A stretch of 64,000 nt of DNA from an uncultured Pseudomonadota bacterium (GTDB taxonomy: Bacteria > Desulfobacterota > Binatia > Binatales > Binataceae), in NCBI GenBank assembly GCA_963759165.1, contig CAVWXK010000001.1, positions 3,058,164 through 3,122,163 of the forward strand. Direction: 5' to 3'. Position numbers and translations under genes: made by a program. Under the pieces are notes generated by a model. It was given only the letters and a program-made list of their open reading frames with translations, did not search any database and was not told where the DNA came from. Within the stretch, counting starts at the first letter, position 1, and each line of letters starts with the position of its first letter. Below are positions 38,760 to 48,217 of the stretch, one piece after another.

Positions 38760-39543
38760 GTCTCTCCTGTTCGATCTGTGACAAAGCTTCGCGGGCGGCT
38801 GCCTGCTCGCTCTGTTTCTTGCTCCTGCCCTCGCCGACACCCAGCTCGCGATTACCGACGCGAATTCGGGTGGTGAAGAGCTTGGCGTGATCCGGTCCGC
38901 GCTCCCCAACCAGTTCGTAGACCGGATGGCCCCGGAAATGACGATAAGCGGCTTCCTGCAATTCGGTCTTGTAGTCCCGTTCGGTCGTGGGGCCGCCGAT
39001 ATCGCCGGTAAAAAGCTTTTCGACCACGTGTTGCGCCGGACGCAGACCGCCGTCGGTATAGATGGCGCCGATCACGGCTTCGAACCCCGCCGCCAGGATT
39101 GAAACCTTCCGCCGCCCGCCGCTCTTCTCCTCGCCTTTGCCAAGGTTCAGATGCTCACCGATTCCGATTGCTTCCGCCTTGGCGGCCAGCGTCCGCGCGT
39201 TGACGATCGACGCCCGCTGCTTGGAGAGCAGGCCTTCCTTGCCCTCGGGAAACTGGCGCATCAGGAGGTCCGCGATCGCAAGGTCGAGCACCGCATCGCC
39301 GAGAAACTCCAGCCGTTCGTAATGCTCGGTACCGTCCACGGCGCTCGGATGGGTCAGCGCCAGCGCCAAAAGTTCGGGACGCGTGAAGGAGTAATCGAGT
39401 GTGCGTTCCAGACCGCGAGCGCTAAGGGGTCTCGGTAGCTCGATTGGCTCCGGAGGCTTGCGTACTCGCTTCGGCTGGAGGCCAAACCAGCTCTCCAACC
39501 AATGTCGCGCCGCTATTCGCCAGCGCTTCCACCTCGACTTCAT
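38740..39543 (-). CDS. rnc: Ribonuclease III
   Basis: ERLEFLGDAVLDL catalytic signature and a dsRBD at the C-terminus. The start is uncertain: no ATG/GTG/TTG lies between the mtaB stop and the catalytic domain, so the 5' end must overlap mtaB. Confidence 0.9.
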   Translation of the reverse strand: MKSRWKRWRIAARHWLESWFGLQPKRVRKPPEPIELPRPLSARGLERTLDYSFTRPELLALALTHPSAVDGTEHYERLEFLGDAVLDLAIADLLMRQFPEGKEGLLSKQRASIVNARTLAAKAEAIGIGEHLNLGKGEEKSGGRRKVSILAAGFEAVIGAIYTDGGLRPAQHVVEKLFTGDIGGPTTERDYKTELQEAAYRHFRGHPVYELVGERGPDHAKLFTTRIRVGNRELGVGEGRSKKQSEQAAAREALSQIEQERRARASK

Positions 39544-40771
39544 GATTCTTTAACCGCTCGGGCGCGCGTACCTGCACCCGGATATAATTGCGACTGTAGC
39601 CCTTGAGCGAATCGGCGTCCGCCGATTCCTCAAGCAGCACTTTAAGTCGCGTGCCGCGAAAGCGCTCCACAAAATCGACGCGCTTGCGCTCGCCCAGCCC
39701 GCGCATCAGCTCCGCCCGCCGTTTGATCTCCGTCGGATTCACCTTGCCGCCCAGCTTTGCCGCCGTAGTTCCGCTCCTGACCGCGTAAGGAAAGACGTGG
39801 AAGTAGGCCAGCGGCAGATTCTCGACAAACTTAAAGTAACGGTCGAAGCTCAACCGGCTCTCGCCGGGGAAGCCTACGATCAAATCCGTACCGATCGCCG
39901 CTTCCGGTATCACCGTCAGTATACGTTCCAGAAGACCTTTATAAAAGCCGGTCTTATAGCGCCGGCGCATCGCGCCCAGAATCTCGTCGTCGCCGGATTG
40001 CAGCGGCAGATGCAGATGGGGGCAGAACTTGTCGCTTTGCGCGAGGATCTCCAGAAGGCGATCGCTCAGCTCCTCGGGATCGATCGAACTGAGCCGCACC
40101 CGGCCGATGGGACATCGCTCGGCGATCATCTCAAGCAGGGATTCCAGCGTAACCTGCGGCGTAAGATCCTTGCCGTAACCGCCGAGATGGACGCCGGTCA
40201 GAATCACTTCCTTGAAGCCCTGCTCGTGAAGCCCGTCGAGCGCCGCCATCACATCCCGGGGCGGAACGCTGCGCGAACTGCCGCGCGAAAACGGGATTAC
40301 GCAGAAGCTGCAGAACTGATCGCATCCTTCCTGGAGCCTGAGGAACGCCCTGGTCTGGCCGGCAAGCGACGCCGGACCCACCGCGATCTCGGCCTTTTCC
40401 TTGCGCAGGTTCGTAACCAGCACCCGCTCGCCGTCCCCACCAAGCGCCGCGGACGTGAGGTCGTCGAGCCGCGCGAGGCCAATCACCCGATCCACCTGCG
40501 GCGCCGCCGCCAGCACCGCGGGATTCGCCTGCGCCAGACATCCGGTCATCACGATTCGCGCCTTGGGATTGAGCCGGCGCGCGCGACGGGCAAGCTTCAG
40601 GCTCTCGGTGTCGGCCCGATCGGTCACCGTGCAGGTGTTGATCACGTAAACGTCGGCGACCTCGTCGAACTCGCCCCGTTCAAGGCCGACGCCGCTCAGC
40701 CGGTCTTCGATGACCGCCGAGTCATAATGATTGACCTTGCATCCCAGCGTCGCGATCGCGAATCGCATCAA
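39422..40771 (-). CDS. mtaB: Radical-SAM tRNA methylthiotransferase, MtaB/MiaB family
   Basis: MRFAIATLGCKVNHYDS (UPF0004 domain), radical SAM CDQFCSFCVIP, C-terminal TRAM-like domain. Confidence 0.85.
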   Translation of the reverse strand: MMRFAIATLGCKVNHYDSAVIEDRLSGVGLERGEFDEVADVYVINTCTVTDRADTESLKLARRARRLNPKARIVMTGCLAQANPAVLAAAPQVDRVIGLARLDDLTSAALGGDGERVLVTNLRKEKAEIAVGPASLAGQTRAFLRLQEGCDQFCSFCVIPFSRGSSRSVPPRDVMAALDGLHEQGFKEVILTGVHLGGYGKDLTPQVTLESLLEMIAERCPIGRVRLSSIDPEELSDRLLEILAQSDKFCPHLHLPLQSGDDEILGAMRRRYKTGFYKGLLERILTVIPEAAIGTDLIVGFPGESRLSFDRYFKFVENLPLAYFHVFPYAVRSGTTAAKLGGKVNPTEIKRRAELMRGLGERKRVDFVERFRGTRLKVLLEESADADSLKGYSRNYIRVQVRAPERLKNHEVEVEALANSGATLVGELVWPPAEASTQASGANRATETP

Positions 40772-40776
40772 CCCGT

Positions 40777-41877
40777 CTATGCCTCCAGCGCCCGTTCGAT
40801 AAATCCGCCGCCCAGCACTTCGTCGCGCTCATAGAATACGCAGGCTTGGCCCGGAGTCACAGCCGGGTAGCCGTAACTCGCGAATCGCACCTCGGCGCGT
40901 TCGCCCGCGAGCAGCTTGAGCGTCGCCGGCATCGCCGGATGGCGGTAGCGGATCTTTACTTCGATTTCCCTCTCGTCGCGCGCGGCCAAACGATCGTCAA
41001 CCAGGCTGACTTGCCGGGCGATGAGCCCGCGCGAGGCCAGCTCGTCGCGCCGGCCGACGACGACCCGCCCACGGTCGGCATCGATCTCGCGGACGTAAAG
41101 CGGCTCTCCGGCCGCAACGCCCAGGCCCCGACGCTGCCCGACGGTAAACCGATGAATCCCGTTGTGCTCGGCCAATACGCGCCCGTCGCCGTTGACCACC
41201 TGTCCGGCCCTGATTCGGTCGGGATGGACGCGGTCGGCGACGAACCGCGCATAGTCGCCTTCGGGCACGAAGCAGATCTCCTGACTCTCGGGCTTGTCGG
41301 CATTGGCCAGCCCGAGCGCCCGGGCGCGCTCGCGGACTTCGCCCTTGGTCATCTCTCCGAGCGGAAACAGGGTGCGCGCCAACTCCGCCTGCGTCATCGC
41401 GAACAGGAAGTAGGACTGATCCTTCGCCGCGTCGGCCGCGCGCAGCAGATGAAAGCGACCCGCCGCGTCGCGCTCGACGCGCGCATAGTGGCCGGTCGCG
41501 ATGAAATCGGCGCCGAGCGCCTGGGCGCGGCGCCAGAGCCGGGCGAACTTGATCTCGCGATTGCACATCACGCACGGATTGGGCGTACGCCCCGCGACAT
41601 ATTCATCTACGAAGTTGTCGATCACGCCAGCGGAAAACTCGGCACGCAGGTCGGCCACATAGAACGGAAAATCCATCCGCTCCGCCACGCGGCGCGCGTC
41701 CTCAAAATCCTCGTACGAGCAGCAGGTCTGCCGCCGTTCGCCGCCGCCATTGTGGTTTTCGCCGGATACCAGCCGCATCGCGATTCCCACCACGTCATAA
41801 TTCCGCTCGCGCAGAATCGCCGCGGCGACCGAACTGTCGACACCGCCCGACATCGCGACCACGACTCGCGCGCTCAT
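40777..41877 (-). CDS. mnmA: tRNA 2-thiouridine(34) synthase
   Basis: PP-loop VVAMSGGVDSSVAA, conserved NPCVMCN. ATGA overlap with the upstream desulfurase. Confidence 0.95.
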   Translation of the reverse strand: MSARVVVAMSGGVDSSVAAAILRERNYDVVGIAMRLVSGENHNGGGERRQTCCSYEDFEDARRVAERMDFPFYVADLRAEFSAGVIDNFVDEYVAGRTPNPCVMCNREIKFARLWRRAQALGADFIATGHYARVERDAAGRFHLLRAADAAKDQSYFLFAMTQAELARTLFPLGEMTKGEVRERARALGLANADKPESQEICFVPEGDYARFVADRVHPDRIRAGQVVNGDGRVLAEHNGIHRFTVGQRRGLGVAAGEPLYVREIDADRGRVVVGRRDELASRGLIARQVSLVDDRLAARDEREIEVKIRYRHPAMPATLKLLAGERAEVRFASYGYPAVTPGQACVFYERDEVLGGGFIERALEA

Positions 41878-43055
41878 CTTGAAACCTGATGCGCGTGCGG
41901 TTCGCGCGCCGGCGATTCAGCTGCCGCGACGGTCGCCCATATGCGCGCGATTGTCTCCGTCGCCCGCTCGACCTCGGCGGTCGTCGTAGCCCATCCCAGG
42001 CTCAGGCGGAGCGAGCTTCGCGCCTCGGCCGCGCTTCGCCCCATCGCGAGCAGCACGTGCGACGGCTCGACCGATCCGGCCGCGCACGCCGAGCCCATCG
42101 AGACCTCGACCCCTTCGAGATCGAGCGCGATCAGCATGCTCTCGCCGAGCACGCCGGGAAACGTCAGGTTGAGTGTATTTGCGATGCGCCCTTCAAGCGG
42201 CCCGTTCAGGATGAGTCCCGGGATCGATTGCGAAAGCAGGCGCAGCAGCCGATCGCTGAGCGCGGCCATCCGCGCGATCTCGGCGTCAAGCCTCGCTTCG
42301 ACCGCCGCGGCGACGGCGCCGAAGGCGATCGCCCCGAGCAGGTTGGGCGTCCCCGCCCTTAATCCGCTCTCCTGCGGACCGCCAATCATCGTCGAGACCA
42401 GCTTGGCGCGATCTCCGACGTAGAGCGCGCCGATTCCGGCCGGTGCGCCAAGCTTGTGGCCGCTGAGCGTGAGCAGATCGCATCCCAGCGCGCCCACCGA
42501 AACCGGCATCCGCCCAATACCCTGCGCCGCATCGACGTGAAACAGCGCCCCAGCGTTTCTCGCCGCAACCCCGAGCGGCGCAAGCTCCTGAATCGTCCCG
42601 ATCTCGGAATTCGCCAGGCCCAGCGTCACCAGCGCCGTGCTTTCGTCAAGCGCTCGCATCACGCTGTCGGCCTGGATTCGTCCGTCCCGATCCGGCGCGG
42701 CGCGAACGATTTCGAATCCGTGCGCCTGCAATCGCGCGAGCGGCGCGAGAATCGAAGAGTGCTCGATCGCCGAGCTGATAATCTTGCGCCGCGCCCCGAT
42801 CGTCGCGTTGGCGACGCCGAAAATCGCGAGATTGTTAGATTCGGTGCCGCCGCTGGTGAATACCACCCGTCGCGGCACGGCTCCGATCAATCGCGCAACC
42901 TGCTCGCGTGCCCGCTCCAGCGCGCGCCGCGCGCGCTGACCCGCGCGATGCACCGAGGCCGGGTTCGCCTGCCCGATAGCGGCAAAATCGCCTATCGCCT
43001 GGCGCGCCTCGGGTCGAAGCGGAGCGCCGGCGTTATAGTCGAGGTAAACTGTCAT
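41874..43055 (-). CDS. Cysteine desulfurase (NifS/IscS-like, class V aminotransferase)
   Basis: PLP-lysine context SGHKLGAPAGIG and catalytic Cys loop SMGSACAAG; 393 aa. Confidence 0.9.
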   Translation of the reverse strand: MTVYLDYNAGAPLRPEARQAIGDFAAIGQANPASVHRAGQRARRALERAREQVARLIGAVPRRVVFTSGGTESNNLAIFGVANATIGARRKIISSAIEHSSILAPLARLQAHGFEIVRAAPDRDGRIQADSVMRALDESTALVTLGLANSEIGTIQELAPLGVAARNAGALFHVDAAQGIGRMPVSVGALGCDLLTLSGHKLGAPAGIGALYVGDRAKLVSTMIGGPQESGLRAGTPNLLGAIAFGAVAAAVEARLDAEIARMAALSDRLLRLLSQSIPGLILNGPLEGRIANTLNLTFPGVLGESMLIALDLEGVEVSMGSACAAGSVEPSHVLLAMGRSAAEARSSLRLSLGWATTTAEVERATETIARIWATVAAAESPAREPHAHQVSR

Positions 43056-43138
43056 TTTGACCCGAATAACTTACCCTACCCGGCTGCCCGGCAAAAGGTA
43101 CACCCGTTTTCCACTGGATAAACAATCCTCCGGGAGGC

Positions 43139-43153
43139 CCTTGTTATACAAGG
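43139..43153. promoter_or_regulatory. Perfect 6-3-6 palindrome in a divergent promoter region
   Basis: CCTTGT-TAT-ACAAGG followed by TTTTTG, between the desulfurase start (43055, -) and the HEAT-repeat gene start (43283, +). Confidence 0.25.
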
Positions 43154-43282
43154 TTTTTGTGCCGATGCGACATGTGCGATATTCATTTTGACGGCTGGGG
43201 AAAGCATGAATCGGCACGCGGCGGTGTTCCCACCCAGCCGTTGACTGAAAGTTGACGCCCCGATTGGGAGCGAAGTGAAACG

Positions 43283-44587
43283 ATGCGAAACGTGAGATTC
43301 CCGGTCATCGCGATCGCAACAATTTTTGCCTTCTCCGCGATGGCGGCGATTTTTTGCGAGGCCAAGGTACAGGTGGGCCCGGGCCAGCCGATGGAGGCGA
43401 TCGAAAAGCTGGTAGCGAAGGGCAAGCTGGCGGAGGCGACCGCGCGTCTGAGCCATACCTATCGATTCGATAATCCGGACGGCCTCGCCGCGCTGCGGCA
43501 GTTTTCAATCATGATCTTGCGGCGGGGATTGTCGGAGCGCGATCCCTACGAACGATGCTACGTGGCCAGTTCTCTGGGTCAGAGCGGCGAACCTGACAAC
43601 ATCGCGATCCTGACGACCGCCTTCAAGTCCACCAAGCTCGGGCTGAAAACCGCGGCGGCCGACGGGCTCGGAGAGATCGGCGACGACGCGGCGATCGCCG
43701 CCCTGCAACGCCTGTACGGGTCGGGAACTGAAGGCGAGCGCCAGATACTGGTCGAAGCGCTGGCCCAGCTCACCAATCCGAACGCGATGGCCGCGCTCAG
43801 CGAGGCCGCCGACAGCACCGACAAACCGGTGCGTCTGATCGCGATCAAGGGGCTTGGCCACCTCCACAATCGCGAGGCGATCCCGCGCCTGCGGCAGCTC
43901 CTGGCCGCAAGTCAAAACCCGATGGAGAAAGCCACCATCGCCCGCTCGCTGATTCAGCTCAGAGACGATTCCGCGATGGCTGCCATCAAGACCGCGCTTC
44001 AGGATTCCCACGAGGTGTGGGCGATGGCGACGGCGGCGCTGGCGATGGGCGACGCGCACGATCCGCGGGTGGTGCCGATGCTCAAGCAGGCGCTCACCGC
44101 GCAGGACGACATCGACGTGAGGCTGGCCGCGGCCGTCGCGCTGACCCACTACAACGATCCGGCCGGCGCGGAATTCATCAAAGGCGCGCTACAGACCGAC
44201 GATCCGATCACGGTCCGCTATGTCGGCGAACTCCTCGACGACATCGATCTCACCAACGCTCGCGAGATTCTGACTATCGCGCTGGCCAATCCCGATATCG
44301 GCCTGCGGATGGCGGCGCTGAAGACGCTTGGTTCGGTTGGCGGAGAACCGGAGGCCGTCATGCTCAAGAATGCGCTGACCAGGATCAACGAACCGACGAG
44401 CCGTGCGCTGATCGCGCGCGCCCTGGGACGCATCGCGCGCCCGGCCTGTATCGAGCCGCTGCTGACGATGGTGCCGGAATCCAGCACCGTGGAACGATAC
44501 ACCGCCGCTGCGGGTTTGGAACGAACCGCCAGCCGCCTGCTCAAGCAAAGCGGCTCGGCGCAGCCTCCTGCCACGATGTCTCGTTAA
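43283..44587 (+). CDS. Secreted HEAT-repeat (PBS-lyase HEAT-like) protein
   Basis: Signal-like N-terminus MRNVRFPVIAIATIFAFSAMAA. Repeated A-x-x-L-G-x-I/L-x-D/N-x-x-A-I/M-x-A-L units. Confidence 0.7.
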   Translation: MRNVRFPVIAIATIFAFSAMAAIFCEAKVQVGPGQPMEAIEKLVAKGKLAEATARLSHTYRFDNPDGLAALRQFSIMILRRGLSERDPYERCYVASSLGQSGEPDNIAILTTAFKSTKLGLKTAAADGLGEIGDDAAIAALQRLYGSGTEGERQILVEALAQLTNPNAMAALSEAADSTDKPVRLIAIKGLGHLHNREAIPRLRQLLAASQNPMEKATIARSLIQLRDDSAMAAIKTALQDSHEVWAMATAALAMGDAHDPRVVPMLKQALTAQDDIDVRLAAAVALTHYNDPAGAEFIKGALQTDDPITVRYVGELLDDIDLTNAREILTIALANPDIGLRMAALKTLGSVGGEPEAVMLKNALTRINEPTSRALIARALGRIARPACIEPLLTMVPESSTVERYTAAAGLERTASRLLKQSGSAQPPATMSR

Positions 44588-44592
44588 CAGCG

Positions 44593-44617
44593 GTCATTCC
44601 GAGCAAGGCGAGGAATC
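44593..44617. repeat. REP-like imperfect palindromic element after the HEAT gene stop
   Basis: GTCATTCCGAGCAAGGCGAGGAATC (ATTCC...GGAAT arms). Resembles a short intergenic palindrome family I recall as common in environmental high-GC genomes. Single copy in this window. Confidence 0.25.
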
Positions 44618-44716
44618 CCGGTCTACAAACGCCGACTCAGCCAGCTACGCAAGGCTCTCATCGGGGGAGATTACAGGAACGAAAGCTGGGCGATGAAACG
44701 CCTTCCTCTGCTCCCG

Positions 44717-46387
44717 CTATGCCCGCGCGCGCGGATGCCCGTTGCTCTCGCCCGCCGCTTCGCGAGCGCGCGCACCGTCGTTCCTGCCTGCCGCCTTGAT
44801 CCGCGGCCTGGCGTTGTCCTTGTGCAGCTTGTACTCGACCGAATCGCTCAGCGCCTGCCAGCTCGCCTCGATGACGTTGTTGGAAACGCCCACCGTGCCC
44901 CAGTGCCGCTTGCCGTCGGTCGATTCGATCAGCACCCGCACCCGCGCGCCGGTGCCCGCGCCGTTGTCCAACACGCGGACCTTGTAATCGACCAGTTGCA
45001 TCGCGGCGAGGCCCGGATAGTAAGGCACCAGCGCCTTGCGCAGCGCCGAATCCAGCGCGTTGACCGGGCCGTTGCCGATCGCCGAGGTGCGGCTGCGCCG
45101 CCGGTCGGGGCCGTCGATAACCACTACGGCTTCGCTGAGCGGCGCCTGGTCTTCGTGCCACTTGTCGTCGAAGACCCGAAAGCTGACAAACTGGAAATGC
45201 TCGCGCTCCATCCCGAGCGCCCGCAGCATCACCAGCTCGAAGGAGGCGTCGGCGCCGTCGAATACGTAGCCGGCCGCTTCGAGGCGCTTGAGTTCCTCGA
45301 GCAGTCCGCCGATTTTCTCGTTCTTCGGGTCGATCTCGATGCCGAATTCTTTGGCTTTATAAATGATGTTGGCCTGCCCGGCGAGTTCCGAGAGCAGCAC
45401 GCGGCGATCATTGCCGATCAGCGCGGGATCGACATGCTCGTAGGTCCGCGTGTTGCGCTGGATTCCCGAAACGTGCAGCCCGCCCTTGTGGGCGAAGGCG
45501 CTGCGGCCGACGTAGGCCTGGCGCGCGAGCGGCGTGATATTGGCAAGCTCGTAGACCAGCGCCGACAGGTCGCTCAGCTTCTTGAGCTTCGCGGCCGGGA
45601 TGCAGTGATAGCCGAGCTTGAGCTGCAGATTGGCGATTACCGAGATCAGATTGGCGTTGCCGCAGCGCTCGCCCAGACCGTTGATCGTCCCCTGAACCAT
45701 CGCCGCGCCGCCGCGCACCGCCGCGACCGAATTCGCGACCGCCGACTCGGTGTCGTTATGGCAATGGATTCCGATCGGGCATTTCACCGTATCGATCGCC
45801 GCGCACACTCCGGCTTCGATCTCGTGAGCCAGCCTGCCGCCATTGGTATCGCAGAGCGTGATCGAATCGACGCCTGCGTCGTCGGCCGCTTTCAGGCACG
45901 CCAGCGCGTAATCGCGGTTGAAGGTGAAGCCGTCGAAGAAGTGCTCGGCGTCGAAAATAACTTCGTCGACCTTTTTTTTGAGGTACCGGATCGTGTCGTG
46001 CAGGATTTCGAGATTGGCTTCGTTCGAGATCCTGAGCGCTTCCTTGACGTGAAGGTCCCAGGTCTTGCCGACGATGGTCGCCACCGGAGTGTCGGCGCGC
46101 AGAATCAGCAGCAGGTTGCGATCGTCGGCGGCGCGAACGTTGGCGCGCCGGGTCGAGCCGAAGGCGGCGATTTTGGCGTGACGCAGCTTGAGCTTCTTGA
46201 CCGCGGCGAAGAACGCGGCGTCGCGCTCGTTCGAGCCCGGCCATCCGCCCTCGATATAATCGATTCCGATATCGTCCAGCCGCGCCGCGATCGTGAGCTT
46301 GTCGGCCAGTCCGAGCGAAACGTCCTCCGATTGGCACCCGTCGCGCAGGGTGGTGTCGTAAATCTGGATCTTCTTCGCTACCGCCAT
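44717..46387 (-). CDS. cimA: Citramalate synthase / LeuA-family (CimA-type)
   Basis: KKIQIYDTTLRDGCQSEDVSL, HCHNDTESAVANS, C-terminal LeuA-dimer regulatory domain; 556 aa. Confidence 0.85.
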   Translation of the reverse strand: MAVAKKIQIYDTTLRDGCQSEDVSLGLADKLTIAARLDDIGIDYIEGGWPGSNERDAAFFAAVKKLKLRHAKIAAFGSTRRANVRAADDRNLLLILRADTPVATIVGKTWDLHVKEALRISNEANLEILHDTIRYLKKKVDEVIFDAEHFFDGFTFNRDYALACLKAADDAGVDSITLCDTNGGRLAHEIEAGVCAAIDTVKCPIGIHCHNDTESAVANSVAAVRGGAAMVQGTINGLGERCGNANLISVIANLQLKLGYHCIPAAKLKKLSDLSALVYELANITPLARQAYVGRSAFAHKGGLHVSGIQRNTRTYEHVDPALIGNDRRVLLSELAGQANIIYKAKEFGIEIDPKNEKIGGLLEELKRLEAAGYVFDGADASFELVMLRALGMEREHFQFVSFRVFDDKWHEDQAPLSEAVVVIDGPDRRRSRTSAIGNGPVNALDSALRKALVPYYPGLAAMQLVDYKVRVLDNGAGTGARVRVLIESTDGKRHWGTVGVSNNVIEASWQALSDSVEYKLHKDNARPRIKAAGRNDGARAREAAGESNGHPRARA

Positions 46388-46392
46388 CGCCG

Positions 46393-47628
46393 CTAGCCCT
46401 TGGCCGCCGGGGCGGCATTTTCGGGAATAAACGCGTCGTGCAGGGCACGCACCGCGAGTTCGCCGTATTTGCTGTTGACTACCACCGAGACCTTTATTTC
46501 AGAGGTCGCGATCATCTCGATATTGACGCGCTCCGCCGCGAGCACCTGAAACATCTTCGAGGCCACGCCGGCGTGGCTGCGCATCCCGCAGCCGACGATC
46601 GATACCTTCGCGACCTGCTCTTCGTGTTGGATACCCCGCGCGCCGATTTCGCCCGCGATACCTTTAACGAGATCGAGCGCGCGACCGAGATCGGCTCGCG
46701 GCACGGTGAAGGTCAGGTCGGTGCGGCCGTCGGCGCTGGCGTTCTGGATGATCATGTCGACGACGATTCCGGCCGCCGCGATCGGGCCGAAAATCCTCGC
46801 CGCCAGACCGGGCCGGTCCTCGACCCCGGCGATCGTGATCTTGCTCTCGTTCTGGTCGAGCGTTACGCCCGAGACCAGAACCGCTTCCATTGATTGATCT
46901 TCCTGTCCCACCCAGGTTCCCTCAGCGTCACTGAAGCTTGACCGGACCACCAGCGGCACGTTGTAACGCTTCGCCAGTTCCACCGAGCGAAGCTGCAACA
47001 CCTTGGCTCCGAGGCCCGCCAGCTCCGACATCTCGTCGTACGAAATTCGTTTGAGCTTGCGCGCCTGCGGGCACAAGTTCGGATCGGCGGTATAAACCCC
47101 GTCGACGTCGGTGTAGATCTCGCAAAGGTCGGCTTTGAGCGCTGCCGCCAGCGCCACCGCCGTCAGGTCGGAAGCGCCGCGCCCGAGCGTCGTGATATTG
47201 CCGTCGGCGTCTACCCCCTGGTAACCGGCCACCACCACGATATTACCCTCGTCCAGGGCCTGCAACACGCGCGCTCCGTCGATCGATTTGATCCGCGCGC
47301 GTCCGTAGTTGGAATCAGTCTCGATACGCAGTTGATGGGCCAAAAACGACACCGCCGGCGCGCCGAGCGCCTGCAGGCGAATCGCGAGCAGCGCCGCCGA
47401 AACCTGCTCGCCGGTCGCGACCAACACGTCGGTTTCCCGGGGTTCGGGAGCGGGACTGAGCTCAGAGGCAAGCTTGAACAGCCGATTGGTCTCGCCCGCC
47501 ATTGCGGACACCACCACCACTATCCGATCGCCGTCGGCGCGCGATTTCATCACGCGCTGCGCCACCGCCTGGATCCGCTCGACCGAGGCGACCGAAGTGC
47601 CGCCGTATTTCTGGACGATTAATGCCAC
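46393..47628 (-). CDS. lysC: Aspartate kinase
   Basis: [15 protein letters not shown], tandem ACT domains; 411 aa. Confidence 0.95.
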   Translation of the reverse strand: MALIVQKYGGTSVASVERIQAVAQRVMKSRADGDRIVVVVSAMAGETNRLFKLASELSPAPEPRETDVLVATGEQVSAALLAIRLQALGAPAVSFLAHQLRIETDSNYGRARIKSIDGARVLQALDEGNIVVVAGYQGVDADGNITTLGRGASDLTAVALAAALKADLCEIYTDVDGVYTADPNLCPQARKLKRISYDEMSELAGLGAKVLQLRSVELAKRYNVPLVVRSSFSDAEGTWVGQEDQSMEAVLVSGVTLDQNESKITIAGVEDRPGLAARIFGPIAAAGIVVDMIIQNASADGRTDLTFTVPRADLGRALDLVKGIAGEIGARGIQHEEQVAKVSIVGCGMRSHAGVASKMFQVLAAERVNIEMIATSEIKVSVVVNSKYGELAVRALHDAFIPENAAPAAKG

Positions 47629-47715
47629 CGCTTCCGTTCCCCCGCGCAGGAGTAAACCTTAAGTATTAATCGAAATCGCGTCTCATGCCAGATGCCGAAA
47701 GAAGCTGCTGGTCCA

Positions 47716-48198
47716 CTATGCAACCGCGGCCGATTCGAGATGGCGCTTGAGCTTTTCGATAATCGCGATATAGCGCTCGCCCCTGGCGCTGATTTCTATC
47801 GTGCGGCTGTTGGCGCCCGCATAGCGAATATTTATCGCAAGGCAACTGAGCTCGTCCGCCTCGCGCAATCGCTCGAACCACTCAACCGCCGCGACACCGC
47901 TCGAAAACAGATATTCGCGCAGGCCTAGATCGTCGAGTCCAGCCTCGTCCAGCCGATATAGGTCGATATGATAGAGCGGCAGCCGCCCGCGATGCTCCTG
48001 GATCATCGTGAAGGTCGGGCTCAGGATATCTTCTTCCCTGAGATTCAGGCCGCGCGCGAGCCCCTTGATGAAGCAGGTCTTGCCGGCGCCCAGCTCGCCG
48101 CTGAATCCCAACAGCTCGCCGCCTTCGAGCATGAAAGCGAGCCGCCGTCCCCACGCCCTGGTCTCGCGACTCGATGAACTATGCAGGATTAACGTCAT
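47716..48198 (-). CDS. tsaE: tRNA t6A37 biosynthesis ATPase TsaE
   Basis: P-loop GELGAGKTCFIKGLARGL, HIDLYRL motif. Confidence 0.9.
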   Translation of the reverse strand: MTLILHSSSSRETRAWGRRLAFMLEGGELLGFSGELGAGKTCFIKGLARGLNLREEDILSPTFTMIQEHRGRLPLYHIDLYRLDEAGLDDLGLREYLFSSGVAAVEWFERLREADELSCLAINIRYAGANSRTIEISARGERYIAIIEKLKRHLESAAVA

Positions 48199-48217
48199 CG
48201 TCGAAAAACCCGTTGTT

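Noticed and set aside
44693-46396. 567-aa plus-strand ORF opposite cimA
   Set aside because: It is antisense to a well-conserved LeuA/CimA-family enzyme. The composition (R, D, V, G, A runs) and lack of any domain signature indicate a GC-driven artefact.
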